From the NCBI RefSeq assembly GCF_018977255.1, contig NW_024704743.1, forward strand, positions 110,734,001 to 110,798,000: DNA of 64,000 nucleotides, in the 5' to 3' direction. This document shows, piece after piece, positions 50,701 through 63,800 of the stretch (the first letter of the stretch is position 1; each line of letters starts with the position of its first letter). This stretch comes from Callorhinchus milii (Eukaryota). Under the pieces are notes generated by a model. The model ran no database searches. It had not been told where the DNA came from and saw only the letters and a program-made list of their open reading frames with translations. Both the position numbers and the translations under genes were made by a program.

Positions 50701-52212
50701 CAGGTTTATGTGGTTCCAAGATTTACTAGTGTTTCTCAAGGTTTCTCAGATTTTTTGATTACTGGTTTCCTGTGTTCTACAGCAATATATCACCATGAAA
50801 CAAGAAATTATGGTTATGACATTTTTTCTCAAGGGACACATTAGCCACGAGAATAAACTTTGCAGCAGCTCCATAAACCTGAACTCAGCCTAGTCTTCTC
50901 ATTTTCCTGGACGATTTTGTAGATGTCATTGGTTCTTCTGAAGGCTTCCTCCAAGGCAGAATGACTGAAAGCCTGCAGGGGCCTAATCACTGCATAGGGA
51001 TGTTGACAGAATTATTCTGTAGTAGACAATCGATCAATAGACTCGCACTTAAGAGTGAGCCATTCAGAGGGCATTTAACACCAGAGAAATAGTATACCAG
51101 AGGGTAGTCAGCTGCTTCATGAGACAAGGGGAATAAATAAAGGGGGCAATATTTTTAACTAAAAAATATGGCCCAGATCTGGAGGCAAGTATCCTTCATT
51201 CAGAATATTTATTTCCATCAGTTATCTTTCCCTTTAATTGCTACATCAACAACAACTTGCATTTATATAGCAGCTCTCACTCAGGGTAGAGTCCCAGAGT
51301 ACTTGATAGTGGCAGAGCAAGATGATGAGCTGGGGAGGTGACTGTAGACACGGTTGAAGAAGAAGGTCTTTCAGGTGCGATCTGATGATTGGAAAGGAGG
51401 GGGCAAGGCGAGGGTGGCACAAACCAAATTGAATTGAAAGTACATGAGCAGAGAAATGAAAGGATTTCTGCTTTCACCAAGCTTTGCCAACACCAGTGCT
51501 TTGTGGAGGGGTGGATACATCGTTGTGTTGTTGTTCTTTTTCAGAACCCATTTAAGAAGATGCCCTGAATTAGTTTGTCCGGAACCAATTCCTTTTTTTG
51601 CAATAAAGATACACAAATGCAGTCTGGCTCAGTGTCCCAGGATTTAGGGAGAGCTGGATTATGGAGAGATTTTTTTTTAACACGGAGTGTAAAAAGATAA
51701 TCCACCATTTCGATTCAAATTGTGTCTGAGTAAGGGGCTAATCCTTTCAATTCTCCCAACTCGATGCGTGTTATTTTCTGTCAGAAAAGGATGAATTGTG
51801 TTGTTTATCAGCACATCAGAAAACTAATTTGCCTATTTTATTCAGTGTCATTTCGTTACCAGCTAGCCTGTCTCTGACAAGCTAATGCCTCAAAGTTTTC
51901 CCCCCCCCACCCAGGAGTAATTTATGATTTTTTATGTGGTTGCGTTTACAGGCTAAATGAGAAATATAGGGCTTTTATTTTGTGTGTGTGTGTGTATGGG
52001 AAGGAGTGGAGAAGAAGATGTTCCCTTGGGTCAAGATTTTACGTAGCAATTTAGTGTCTAGAATTGGGCAGATTCTTAAATACAGCTTAATTTTGGAAGT
52101 CTCTTTTATGGTTCTTAAAAGAACTTAGAGAAAACTGGCCACAAAATTAAGGTAAGGCTGTATTTAAGAATTTGTGAAATTTTAGACGCTCCGAAATGCT
52201 ACATAAATAGAG

Positions 52213-52485
52213 CTAATGTAGGCCCAGGTGAAATTGCTCCCCATTGTGTGTAAGGATTGGCTGTGGCTCACACATACTCGCATGTATTTTACTTCCAGGT
52301 GGTCGAAACAGATGTGTTGCTTGAAGCTCCATTCGTGGCACCTCAGGCACCACATTAATAATTACTGCTCGGAAGCAATAATTGCCACCACAGTTACTCA
52401 AACCATTAAATGGATGGTGAAAAATACAAGTAACATTTGGAACCACATAACTAAGATTATGTTTGTGGGATGGCCTGGTTTATGA
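52213..52485 (-). mobile_element. Possible decayed retro-integrase core fragment
   Basis: GNYCFRAVIINVVPEV...SKIHASMCEPQPILTHNGEQF resembles YLLVVVDxxSKWPEV...IFARxGxPxxIVTDNGPQF. Confidence 0.35.
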
Positions 52486-53264
52486 TAATAATAATCATAA
52501 TCCTTGCATTTGATATAGCGCCTGATCACATCTTTGAGACATCCCAAAGCGCTTCAGAGAATACACTGTAAAGTAAAATAATTAATTTATTATTTTTTTA
52601 TCACGGCATTATTAACCCCAGAAAAGCGATCCGCCAATCGACTAACAATCAGGTTACTACTTGGTGAACTGAGACAAGTGGAGTAAAGAAACTTGCCCAA
52701 CGTTTTGCCCTGTTGGGAACCCAGGTCTCTCACTTGCGAAGCAACTGTTCTAACCACTGCGCTATAGGACTTCACAGTTTTCAAATTATCTCTTTAGACT
52801 TGTTGAGGCCCAGTTTCCCACTAGGGTGTAGTAAGAGTTTGAGGAACCTGCTGGGCTCTGTGACTAATGCAACACCATCCTCTATCGATTGGAAGAATTA
52901 GAAGAACATAAGAATTATCCAGACTAGATAAAGCTCATTAAAAAGCCCAAAGAACTCAATAAAACCATCTCTTTCTGTGAATGTGAAGACAATATACTCC
53001 ACCTCCTCACCATTATCCCCAAACAAATCAGTCTAGAAATATATCGAGCTGCCTCTTCCTTTGCTTCAGAAATCTATTCCACAAGTCTATTGCACAGCTG
53101 CACTTGTGCTGCTATTGATGTGCTTTTTACGATTGTTCCCATAAAAGGTTGAAGTAAAGATCTTTTAGCAGGAGAAAATTAACAATTCCTGGAAAAATCG
53201 TAGGCTTATTGAAATTCCACTATGTTGAGCTCCTCAGTATTGCTGTTGAAATTCAAAGTGTTTC

Positions 53265-53334
53265 TTTTTTGATCAACTTGCGTTGCTGTGCGTTCTCCAG
53301 TGTGAACGCACAGCAATGCAAGTTGATCAAAAAA
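53265..53334. repeat. Near-perfect 31-bp inverted repeat with 8-nt loop
   Basis: ttttttgatcaacttgcgttgctgtgcgttc-tccagtgt-gaacgcacagcaatgcaagttgatcaaaaaa. Confidence 0.9.
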
Positions 53335-56300
53335 AAATCCTTCATTAACAACACAGACACATTTGTTCTCGGGATCCTCATTGGCATCTGCCGACAGAAC
53401 AAACTAAAACTCCTCCAAAGCTTACTGTATGTAATATATTAAAAAAACAGCGTTTGGAGTCATGTCAAGCCCATGATTTTATCTTGGAGCTCAAATAGCT
53501 GTTATAGATGACTCCATTGTAAAACTGCACATTATAAAATCCTCAGCTCTAAAGCTTTCTGTTATAAAATTCTTCATCATACAGGCTCTGCTATAACACC
53601 CCCTCCCTCACACCTCTAACCCTGTTATAAAGCATTGGTTTCATACTTGGACACCATCAGTGAGGTTACTCCTGTGTAATCACTCCCACATTCTATCTTC
53701 TGGACGTTTGACAGTTTAGAAATTTGTTTATTACACATTTTGTATTGAGAAATCAGTTGCGAAATATATCACAAAATATACCCTACCATCATGTTTCTTT
53801 TTCTTGTGTAAGACCTAAATCTACTGTGTCTTTGTGAGGGTCTGATAAAGAAGATTTTTTTTCAGGTTAGGGTTGTTTAGCTGACCATTTGCACAGTGTT
53901 TACGCTGAATTGATCGATTATATCTTTGACTGATTGCTTACTTCATTGATTGACGATGCAGAAACTCTTAAAGTTTGAGCACTAACTGCTGTGGTAACAT
54001 CTGTTCTTCTATACATTTGTGTCTGTGGTCTTCCCAGCCTCCTTCAGCTGCTAAGGCAGATCATCCTGAGACACTGTCACCCTCTTGGCTGCTATTGGTG
54101 CCTCTGTGCCAACCCCTTCCATCCTCGCTGCCAGCCCCCTTCTCTACCCACTGCCAGCCCAGCAATCTTCCATAGAAGCAAAAGTGTTGCAGCCATATCA
54201 GCAGCTGTGACTGCACCCCCACTGAGGGTAGCTTGAACATGGGTACCTACACACAAGCTGAGAGCTGTGTTTTCTAACTGCTATTAAGGTACTTTTCTTC
54301 CCACCCCCGCTCCCAGATAGATCGGTGGAAGGCTTAAATCTAAGCAGTGAATCCCTCTTTGTTGCACAGGGAAGAAAGTGCAACAAATCCTCTGAAGAGG
54401 ACAAGCAATCATGGGTTGAAGCTGAAATGCATGTGATCAGTCCAATCTTTGTGCGGAGAAAGCGACTTCAAACCATGTATTGTGAAAAACACTATGTGTT
54501 ATGTAATGGAGAGTCCTCAGCTCTTTCTGGCTCCCAGCCTAACCACATTTGCAGCTGCAGAAGAAACATTGGATGACAATACTGGTTTGTATGTTCCGAT
54601 TAAAAACGGCCACATGGTTACTTCCTTAAAAGTCCCATCTATTTAATTGCTGTATTTGAGAGTATGAGAGTCCTCCGATCTTGATTGGCTTAATACCAAT
54701 CCCAAGTAAAGCCAGGCCTGAGGGATAGGTTTATATCAAGAGTTCATTGCCCTGCGTACTGTAAATAGCTTTCTCCGGGTTTTTAGGAATTTGCTTTTAC
54801 CTACCTCCTGCCTGTTTTGCTGCTGTCGTTAAACGTTGAGGTTCTCACCTCTGTGACCTTTACTATTTTCTACACTTCAAACATGATTTTCTCTAAGTAA
54901 ATTCTCCTTTCAAAATTAGTGCGCAGAGATTGGATATGTACACCCTTAGGCACCAAAATACCATTTGGAAGAGGAAGGAACTTTCCCAATTGGCTAAGGT
55001 TGTTTAGTTGGTTTAAGATCCATCACCCTAGCTTGTCCGTTACGCTACAGAACTAACAGAACTTCAGACAGTTTTTGCACAACAGATTGCAATCAGTGGT
55101 TTAAGGGAATAAGTCCAACAATGTAACGTTAATCTTATTTAACAAGTGCTACAGCTCTTCATTTTAGCTGAGAAAGTACACCCGTTCCATTGTTTGCTGT
55201 TTCGAGGATTGGTATAATTCTAATGCCCAGTTTACACAGAATTTCAGCGAGAAACCCAGTATAATAATCCCTCCAAAACAAAACAATAATAAATTGGTCA
55301 TTTTCAATCTAAGATTGTTGGTGGGACACTGCTGTGCGCAATTGGCTGCCGCGTTCGCCCACAAATATACAGTCAATTCACTTTACAGTATATTCTGTGA
55401 AGCGCTTTGGGACGTCTAGAAGACGTGAAAAGCGCTATATCAAATGCAAGGATTATTATTAAATATTGTAAATAAATACAGGGTAATTTTGCCTGCACTC
55501 AAAAATAGAAGCATTCGACTGCTCAAGATCAGTTGAGATAGTTTTAAAGTTGTTTAATATCTTTTCTAACATCAGATTCGCTCCCTTCCTCACCTCGTTC
55601 AAGGTCCATCTCAAGACCTACCTCTTTGACTTTGCTGTCGGTCAGTTTTCCCCTCCTGCTCCCCTCAGCTCCCACCCCCAGTACAGGTGCCAAGCTAGGA
55701 TTATTTTGGGATGTCTTTCTGACGTGAAAAGCGCCGTATGAATGTAAATTTGTATTGTATCGGAAAAGGAAAATTGTTTGGGGGAAAGAAGAGTACACTT
55801 AATTGCAGTTAGCAAACAAAGCTCTGAGTTTGTGTTTAGTTACACAAGTTCAAAGCGCATCTCAACCCCACAGTAGCAGCAATTGAAAGATGAGAAGCAA
55901 ACATCAGCCTCTTTGCTGTCTCTCCAAACTGGTCAGTAGTTAAATTCATCCAGGCCTTGGTCAGTTCCCGACTGGACTATTCCGAATCCCTCCTCGCTAG
56001 TCTCCCCAGCTCCACAATACACAAAATGTGACTAATTCAGAATTCCGCCTCCCTTATTCTCACCCGCGCAAAACTCCGCACCCTCATCACACCAGCCTCC
56101 TGTTCGTCCCTCGTCTCCACCACCATTGGTGTCCATGTCTTCAGCTACTATGCCCTGAAACTCTGGAACTCTCTCCCTCAATCCCTCTCCCTTGCCTTCT
56201 CCCTCCCCACTTTCAAATTCTGCCTAAAGACCTTTTTGATTGTACTTAAGGTCACCTTCCCTCTCCCCCTGGCTCAGGGTCAGACTCTGCCACTGTCAAG

Positions 56301-57472
56301 TGCTCCGGGACGCTACCCTGGGTGAAGAGTGCTATGTAAACGCAAGTTGTTGTTATTGTTGTTAAACAGGTTTACAGTGCAATTCTCATCAACGTGCTGA
56401 TTATCACCAGCGATAACTATAACATTGCATTTTGCAGCCCACATTGTTTAACACACTTTTTCTCTCTGAATGTTTGTGGTTTCTCTGCCCATTGGCCTTT
56501 ACGGAATTCTGTTAGTCTTACCAGTAGATTGAGAGGAGGTTAGATTTAACTAGACTCAAATTGAGAGACAAACTCAACCCACTTGTTCAGGAGCATAAGA
56601 TTAATATAATGCAGGCAATAGATTAACTCAGTTGATTTTGAGAGTACAAATTTTTTTTAAAAAATAGTGGTTGGGGGGGCGTAGAACTGAATGATTTCCT
56701 TCCTAAAGTGGTGCCTGAGGAGTCTGGTTGTCAGTAGAATTTACATCCTAAACCAATTGGTTCTAATTTGCGCTGTTTAGGTGCATAGGAATGAGGGGAA
56801 ATCATTCAGCCTGCCAAGCCTGCCCTGCCAGTTTATTCGACTTTTTAATCCCATTTCCTCACCCTGTTCTTAATACTCCTTAATCACTTCCTAAGTATCT
56901 ATCTATTTTAAACATTCCAGTTGTTTTTTCTCTCTACGACCTTCTAGGGCAGTACATAGGCATTCCATATTTTTCCCCCACCCTCTCGAACTCCATCCCA
57001 CAGTCCCTCCGCCTTGCTCCCTCCCTTGCCCCCTTCCAGACCCATCGCAAGACACTCCTCTTCGACCGTGCTTTCGCTCACCCTGCTTCCCCCCTGCCCT
57101 CCACCGTCCCCGATCCCGACCCCCAGCTTGGCTCGAGAACTGTCTTCCAGCTCCTTGGGTCATCCTCCTGACGTGAAAGATGCTATACAAATGTAATTTT
57201 GTGGTGGTGGTGGTTGTTGTTGCCTTGTGTGTCAACAAAGATTTGCTGACATCACTTCTGAAAAATCTAGCTCTATTTTAGGTTGGCATTGCTGTTGTTT
57301 CCCTGCCACCCCCCTCTTTGAGTTTTCTTATTAAGGAATTCTGTTAAGAACTACCATAAATTAGACTCCAATTCGTAACTGTCTGAACAGCAGATTATAA
57401 AAATGAAACCATAACATGAGGTCCTTAATACCATCCGATCTCGATCGTAATAACAGGCATCTTTTTAGTTAT

Positions 57473-57714
57473 AACAAAAACACAGAGAGCTGAGAAAACT
57501 CAGCAGGTCAGACAGCATCTATGGAGAAAGGAAAGTGAGTCAATGTTTCAGGTCCATGACCCATCGTCAGAACTCAACTTCTGACGAAGGGTTGTGGACC
57601 CAAAACATTGACTCACTTTCCTTTCTCCATAGATGCTACCTGACCTGCTGAGTGTTCCCAGCTCTCTCTCTGTTTTTGTTTCAGATTCCAGCCTCTGCAG
57701 TATTTTGTGTTTTG
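57473..57714. mobile_element. Palindromic non-autonomous Penelope-like element remnant with 14-bp TSD
   Basis: Inverted arms of ~100 bp centred near 57575. Identical flanking ATCTTTTTAGTTAT at 57459-57472 and 57715-57728. CTGACGA...(G)AAAC hammerhead-type motifs in both arms. Confidence 0.75.
57536..57576 (-). ncRNA. Minimal type-I hammerhead ribozyme motif (probably degenerate)
   Basis: Minus strand reads TGAGTT-CTGACGA-T-GGGTC-ATG-GACCT-GAAAC-ATT-GACTCA, giving stem I, the CUGANGA core, stem II and GAAA. Confidence 0.6.
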
Positions 57715-58984
57715 ATCTTTTTAGTTATGTTTCTTTCTTGGGATAGCTTTAATGGGAAGTGCTAAGAAACCCCTGCCCACCCATTAAGTTCAGCTCGTTG
57801 TGTGAGTTCACGTTCCAGATTCACACAAGCCTTTCTAAACTCCCTCTTCCACCTAGTGGCAGCCTACTCCTTACGCATTCTGGCCGCTGAATAAGAAGCT
57901 GGAGGACTCGCCTCGCAAGTGAGAGGTCCCAGTTTCGATTCCCGACGGGGCGAAATGTTAGGCAAGTTTCCTGACTCCACATGCCTCTGTTTATCTAGCA
58001 GGAAATAGGAACCTAGTTGTTAGTCGATTGGTGGATTGCTTTCCCGGGGATAATCATCCCTTCAAAAAATAAATAAATAATAATAATAATTTGGCAATAC
58101 CTCGGTCATAGACTTTGTCACCAGTGGGTTACAAGAAGAGTTACTTCAAGGTTTCAAATTATTGTGCCCTTATAGGTTACTAAGGTGTAAGTTCTGTACA
58201 AGGCCAGCTTACGCCCACATGCTTGTGCAGTCTTTTAATGGGAGAAAATGCTATAAATCTATGGCCCCGCACAAGGACGATATTGTATTCGCCAAAGCCT
58301 CGTCTTCGCAGACTGTTGTCTTGGAGCTCTTATCGGTCTCCATGTGGGAGTACCCTGGCCTTGTACCAAGTGCTTAGAAATGGCTTTGCTCCAGAAGGTA
58401 TGGAAGTCCCTGCCAAGAGAGGGCGGTGCTGTGAAAACACAGGGTAAAGGTCAGTGAGATTAGAGTCCACTCTTTAATGCCTGGCCTGCATTATATGTGC
58501 CTGTTCCAAATACGTTCCACAGGAGTTTATTTGGTCTGTGAGGCTATTCTGGTGTCAGCTCCTGCACTGTAGCTGTAAGGATCTTTTAATGTGGAGAAAG
58601 GGTGGGTGGAGTGATCTCAGAGCCTTTGCTATGTGCATCCTCGGGGCTAGTTAACCCTTTAATGAAGCATTGTTATCATGAAGACCTTCCTGTGGGTTTG
58701 GGTGGCATACCACAACAACAACAGCAACAACAGCTGGTTGTTGCCTGGAAGATAAAATGAGGGGAAAAAATATTAAGCTAGATCTTGAAAGCTTGTGCTT
58801 CAGGGGATGTAAGGTCCACCTGGGTCTGAATGTTGGCGCAGTAACAGGATGTTCTCGGAATTCCCCTGTGAGATCAACTAAGGCTCTTTTTAAATTGTGT
58901 ACAGTATAAATGATACAGGACTGGGGGCTGTTTCAGAGGTCAGGATTGAGCAGCAGTGTGATTGAGAGACACTTTGACTTACAA

Positions 58985-59090
58985 CGTCCAACCTTTTTGG
59001 CTGCCATGGGCCAGGTTCCCTATTTGAGAAAGTCAGCGGGCCACATCCAGCCTGGGCCAAAGGGCGGCCCGCGGGCCGCATCTGGCCCGA
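58985..59090 (+). mobile_element. hAT/Charlie-like (MER30-like) non-autonomous transposon end
   Basis: gtccaacctttttggctgccatgggcc followed by GC-rich gcggcccgcgggccgc subterminal motifs typical of hAT MITEs. Confidence 0.45.
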
Positions 59091-59179
59091 GACCATTTCC
59101 AACATTCCAACGCTCCCTGGTGAACATCCTCCCAGGGCAGTGGCAGGAGCCGGCAGTTGGGAGGATGCAGCGCAGAGCT

Positions 59180-60070
59180 TGGGAGAGAGAGTGGGAAAGA
59201 GTGGAGGGATAAAGAGAAGGGGGATGCGGGGAGAGAGAGAGAGAGAGTTGGGGGAGAGAGAGAGTGTGTGGTGGGGAGAGAGGGGGAGAGAAAGGGAGAT
59301 GGGAGAAAGAGGGGAGAAGAGAGAGGGGCAGAGATAGAGGGGTAAGAGAGGAAGGGGTAAAGGGGGAGAGATAGAGGGGCAAACGAGGGTGGGGGAGAGG
59401 AGGAGGGGAGAGCTTGGGGGAGAGAAAGAGAGGGTATGGAGGACGAAGAAGGGGAAAGAGAAGGGCAGAGGGGGAGAGCAGGAGGGGGCTCCTTCCCCTT
59501 CCTCAGGCACTCTCTCCTTCTCTCACACACACACTCTCTCTCTCAATTACTCTCCCTCACTCCCCTTCTCACATTCTCTCTTCCCTCTCACACTCCACCT
59601 CACCCCTCTCAATCACTCTCCTCTCTCCTTCTCTCACCCCCACCTTCTTCCCTCTCTCTCACACACACTCTCGCCCACACAAACTCTATATCCCCTCTCA
59701 AACTCTTAATCACCCTCTCTCAACCTCTTTATTTCTTTCTCTCCCCCTCCCCCTCTCACATTCACTCCCTCCCACGTCTCACACTTTCTCTCGGACTCTT
59801 ACACTCTCCCCCTCACACTTTCTCAATCTCTCCTCTCCCTCTCTCAATCACTCTCTCACAGTGTGTCTCTCTCTCACTCCCCCTTTCTTATCTCTCTCGT
59901 TCACCCTCCCTTTCTTACCTCTCTCTTTCACCCCCCCCTTTCTTACCTCTCACACACATACACTCTCTCCCTTCTCCCTCCTCCCTCCCTCCTCTCTCTT
60001 CCCCCTCCGTCTCCCTCTCTCTGCCACTCTCTTCCTCTCCCTCTCTCCCTCCCTCCCCATCCCTCTCTCT
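59180..60070. repeat. Polypurine tract (59180-59489) abutting a polypyrimidine tract (59490-60070)
   Basis: Seen directly. Confidence 0.95.
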
Positions 60071-60504
60071 AGCCTTTGTGGTTAAGGATAATTGTCATTA
60101 TCAAAAAAATTGTAATTACTGTATTGCTTTACCCTTTAGCAAACCATTGTAACCATTTAATGGTTTCCATACTCGTTGCACTTTGACTTTTGGGTTGAAC
60201 AAAGTACAGAAAAGTCAACAGGAGCTGTGAAGTGGGTGGTCGTTTTTGGCCTTGATGAAAACAAATTGAGGCATAAACTCCCAAGGAAATGGTTTAAGAA
60301 AATTAGGTATGGAGGATAGAGGTTAAAGTGGTATTTCCTGTGTGTGAAACAGTCTGTGCCCCCAGTGGCACTGACTGACCAATAATCACTAGTAAATCTT
60401 CACCCATCAGAGCTTAGCAATGTTCAGGACAGGAAAACTCCATTAGGAACTTAGTATCAGAGCAACTTATAAACAGTTGAGGCTTGTTTGGTCATTTATA
60501 ATTC

Positions 60505-60866
60505 GGCCACTCAATCCACGACTGTTTGTGGGACACTGCTATGCTCAATTGCCTGCCCCGTTTCGTCCACAAAATATACAGTCAATCCACTGCACAGTAT
60601 ATTCTGTGAAGCGCTTTTGGACGTTTCGAAGATGTGATAAGGCAGATCACTTTTCCGGGAGTAATCATCCCAATAAATAATGATAATAATTTGGTCACTC
60701 AATGCACGACTGTTTGTGGGACACTGCTGTGGGCAATTGGTTGCCATGTTTCCCCTGCAAAATATATACAGTCAATCCACTTCACAGTATATTCTGTGAA
60801 GCGCTTTTGGACGTTTCGAAGATGTGATAAGGCGTTACGTCAAATGCAAGGATTATTATTATTATT
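60505..60866 (+). mobile_element. Tandemly duplicated SINE 3' half
   Basis: Two units share the private tail gcgcttttggacgtttcgaagatgtgataaggc. Confidence 0.85.
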
Positions 60867-63800
60867 GTGCAGCCGCCAAGTAAGAAAAAAAGTGTTCTTA
60901 TCTCATACCCCTCAATCGATTTCTTCCCCTAAACAGCTATCTAATTCTCTCCGGAATTCCCTAACACAATGTGCTCCCTCAGTCTGCCCGACTAGTGTAT
61001 TTCACGTATTCACATCTCCGCCCTGAGCCGGGCAGGTTGCAGAGCTCCACGACCACCTTGCGAGCCAGTATTAAGGCACCACCATCGAGTCTTGCTGAGC
61101 AACATTGTTCTTGTCTTGCAGACAAGTTATTTCTGAATCTGCTTGGGATATTTTTCCCTCAGGCCTGACCCCTCTTNCCCCCCCCTGGTGTGAGGCGCAG
61201 TCTGAGACCTTTGGCAGCTCCACTAACGATGATGGGAAGTAATACAATAAAACCTGTAGCTGTTCAGACTCATTTTCCAACTCACTACTCACAGCCATTT
61301 CAGTTACTGGTCTCGCTATTGTATGTACTGTACTCTGACAAAGCAGCTCGGATGCAATCACCTGCGTATCATAGTAATATTAAAACTTACATTTGATGTA
61401 ACACCCTTCCCTGGAAACCCAGAGAGCTTCACGCATATACTGCAAAGTGCAGTGAGTGATTGTTTTGTGGGTAAAAATGGCACAGCAATGTCCCCCAAAT
61501 AGCCATAAAGCAAATGACCAATCTTATTTATGGGGGGAGGCGAACATTGAGCAGGACACTGGGACAAACATACTTCTTTTTTCGCATAGCACTTTAATGT
61601 CCGCCTGAACAGATTGACGTAGGTTGACATTTCATTTGAAGAATGGCATCTCAGGGAACATAGTGGACTCCGCAGCCCTGCATTGGAATGTCAGCCTGGA
61701 CTAGATGAGTTTTAAGTCCCGACAAGGGGCTCGAACCCACAACCTTCCGACTCAGAGACGAGACTGCTACCAACTGAGCCAGGCTGACACATATGGGGTA
61801 ATTCACAATGTATCAATGACTAATGTATCCCGGTGTGCAAGTTCCAAAAAGTTATTTATTTCTTGCTCGTTCAAACGGTGGATGACAGAGAAAAAACATT
61901 CCCTTCTCAGGCATATCATTGAACGTCCGGGAGGCTGAGAAAGCAGCAGAACTTTTTTTCAGACCACTGTTCAAAAAGAATGACCTTTGCGGTTCTAATA
62001 ATAATGCTTGCATCTGGTATAGCCCCTTCCACGTTGGGAGGATGTCCCATAGCGCTTCACAGGATATACATAGAGTGGATTGATTGTGTGTTTTGTGGGC
62101 AACTTGAATTGCATTCAAGATGAACTGCACAATTAAAAAAAAATCAAAAAAAAGACAAGGTTTCTGCCGAAAGGGGGAAAAAGAAACCTATAGCAAAAGC
62201 TAAACATTACACTGCGCCCGCCCCCCCCCATAAAAAGAGGAGGTGTTTTTGCACTACGCCGATTCCTGCCCGCGTTTCCATGGGATCAGGCGGACGGGTT
62301 TGAGGGTCCGCGTCATTTGTCAAATTAGTAGAAATGATTATATTTGTGGCCTTTAATAAAATATAAAGGCGTTCCATCATAGGACCCGTTTCACAAGAAC
62401 AATGCCCTCATTGAGCCCGCGCCCCGTTGCAGAGTGAGAGCTTGTGCTGCAGGACACGGAACAGCCGACAGACAGAACAAGCCTTCATTGTGTCGCCTGG
62501 ACCCGTCATCTCACCCCGCTTCACTGCAATTCATCTCAGGGCAACGACTGCCTTGAGTCATTTTTCTGGAGTTTTTATTTTATTATTTTTGGGAAATGTT
62601 ATCACCTGCCTGGATACGTTTAGGATCAGGCTTCCCCTCAGGCATTCGGGCAGAAATAACCCTGACGTAACCTCTTACTGGGGCTTTCTTCATCCTCTGC
62701 TTAGTTATAGGGTGCCCTTCTCTCCTGTCTCTCAAGAGTCTGTTCCCCCCGCTCTATTGGAACCGCTCAAAAATTACACTTATTGGTAATAATCCCTTCC
62801 AAAAGAAACAAAAAATTGGTCACTCTTAGGCATCTCAAAGCGCTTCATAGGATACACTGTAAGTGAATTGACTGTATATTTTGTGGGCGAAATGCGGCAG
62901 CCAATTGCACACAGCAATGCCCCACAAACAGTCGTGGATTGAAGTGTCCAAGATAAGATGCTATATCAAATGCAAGATTATTGTTATTATTACTGCTGGC
63001 TGGGCACACGAGCTGGGAAGTGGAAGCTAAGGTAGGTGAGGAGGGGAAAATGACAGAAAGCGCAGTCAAAGAGGAATACCTTGAATATTCTCTGAATACA
63101 ACACTGGTTTGAAAGGCCAATTGTTAACAGTTGGATGGCTGGGTGTTTTTCACAGCTCGAGTGGTGTAACTGAAAATATTATTGTGTTAGCATTGCTTTC
63201 ACTGATGAAGCATAAAATTCTGCAGTTTGACTTGTGCACAAAAATAATTCACACTACTAGCATTGTGGCAGACTGATGTTTACCGTTGAGAACATTGATA
63301 GTTGAGACCTAAAATAATTTTTTTGGCAGTTTGTGGTGCATTGTGGTGTGCAGATTTGCTGCTGTGTTTGCTTACAAAATATAGTATATCTTGCAAAGGT
63401 GTGAGATGCCCTTCCAATGTCTTCAAATGTAAAGATTATCATCAATACAGTATTATCTTTCATAAATCACTTTTATAATTTATATTGTAATAGTAATACT
63501 GTTATATTTAAGCGCTCCGAAATGCCATCCAGGCTGAAGGGTGCTACATAAATGCAAGTTGTTGTTCTTGTTGTTACTGCAGTTTTAACGTCTGAGAACC
63601 TTTTCAGCTGCAGTAGGGTTGACGTGCTCTGATGCTACCTCATTCAGAAGACCTGAGGTGCAGTATAAGAAGGTGGCCTCGGGTACACCAGTGACTGGAG
63701 GAAAGGCCATTCGGGGCTGCAGTCTTGACATCTTATTCTTAAGGAGACTCCTAGTGTTTCCTTCTTAACCTCCTCTCCTTTGTCACGCTGGTCCTGTTTA

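Noticed and set aside
58890..60152. Long Leu/Ser/Pro- or Gly/Glu/Arg-rich ORFs
   Set aside because: Low-complexity GA/CT tract artefacts.
61177..61177. Ambiguous base n
   Set aside because: Assembly ambiguity next to a poly-C run; not biological.
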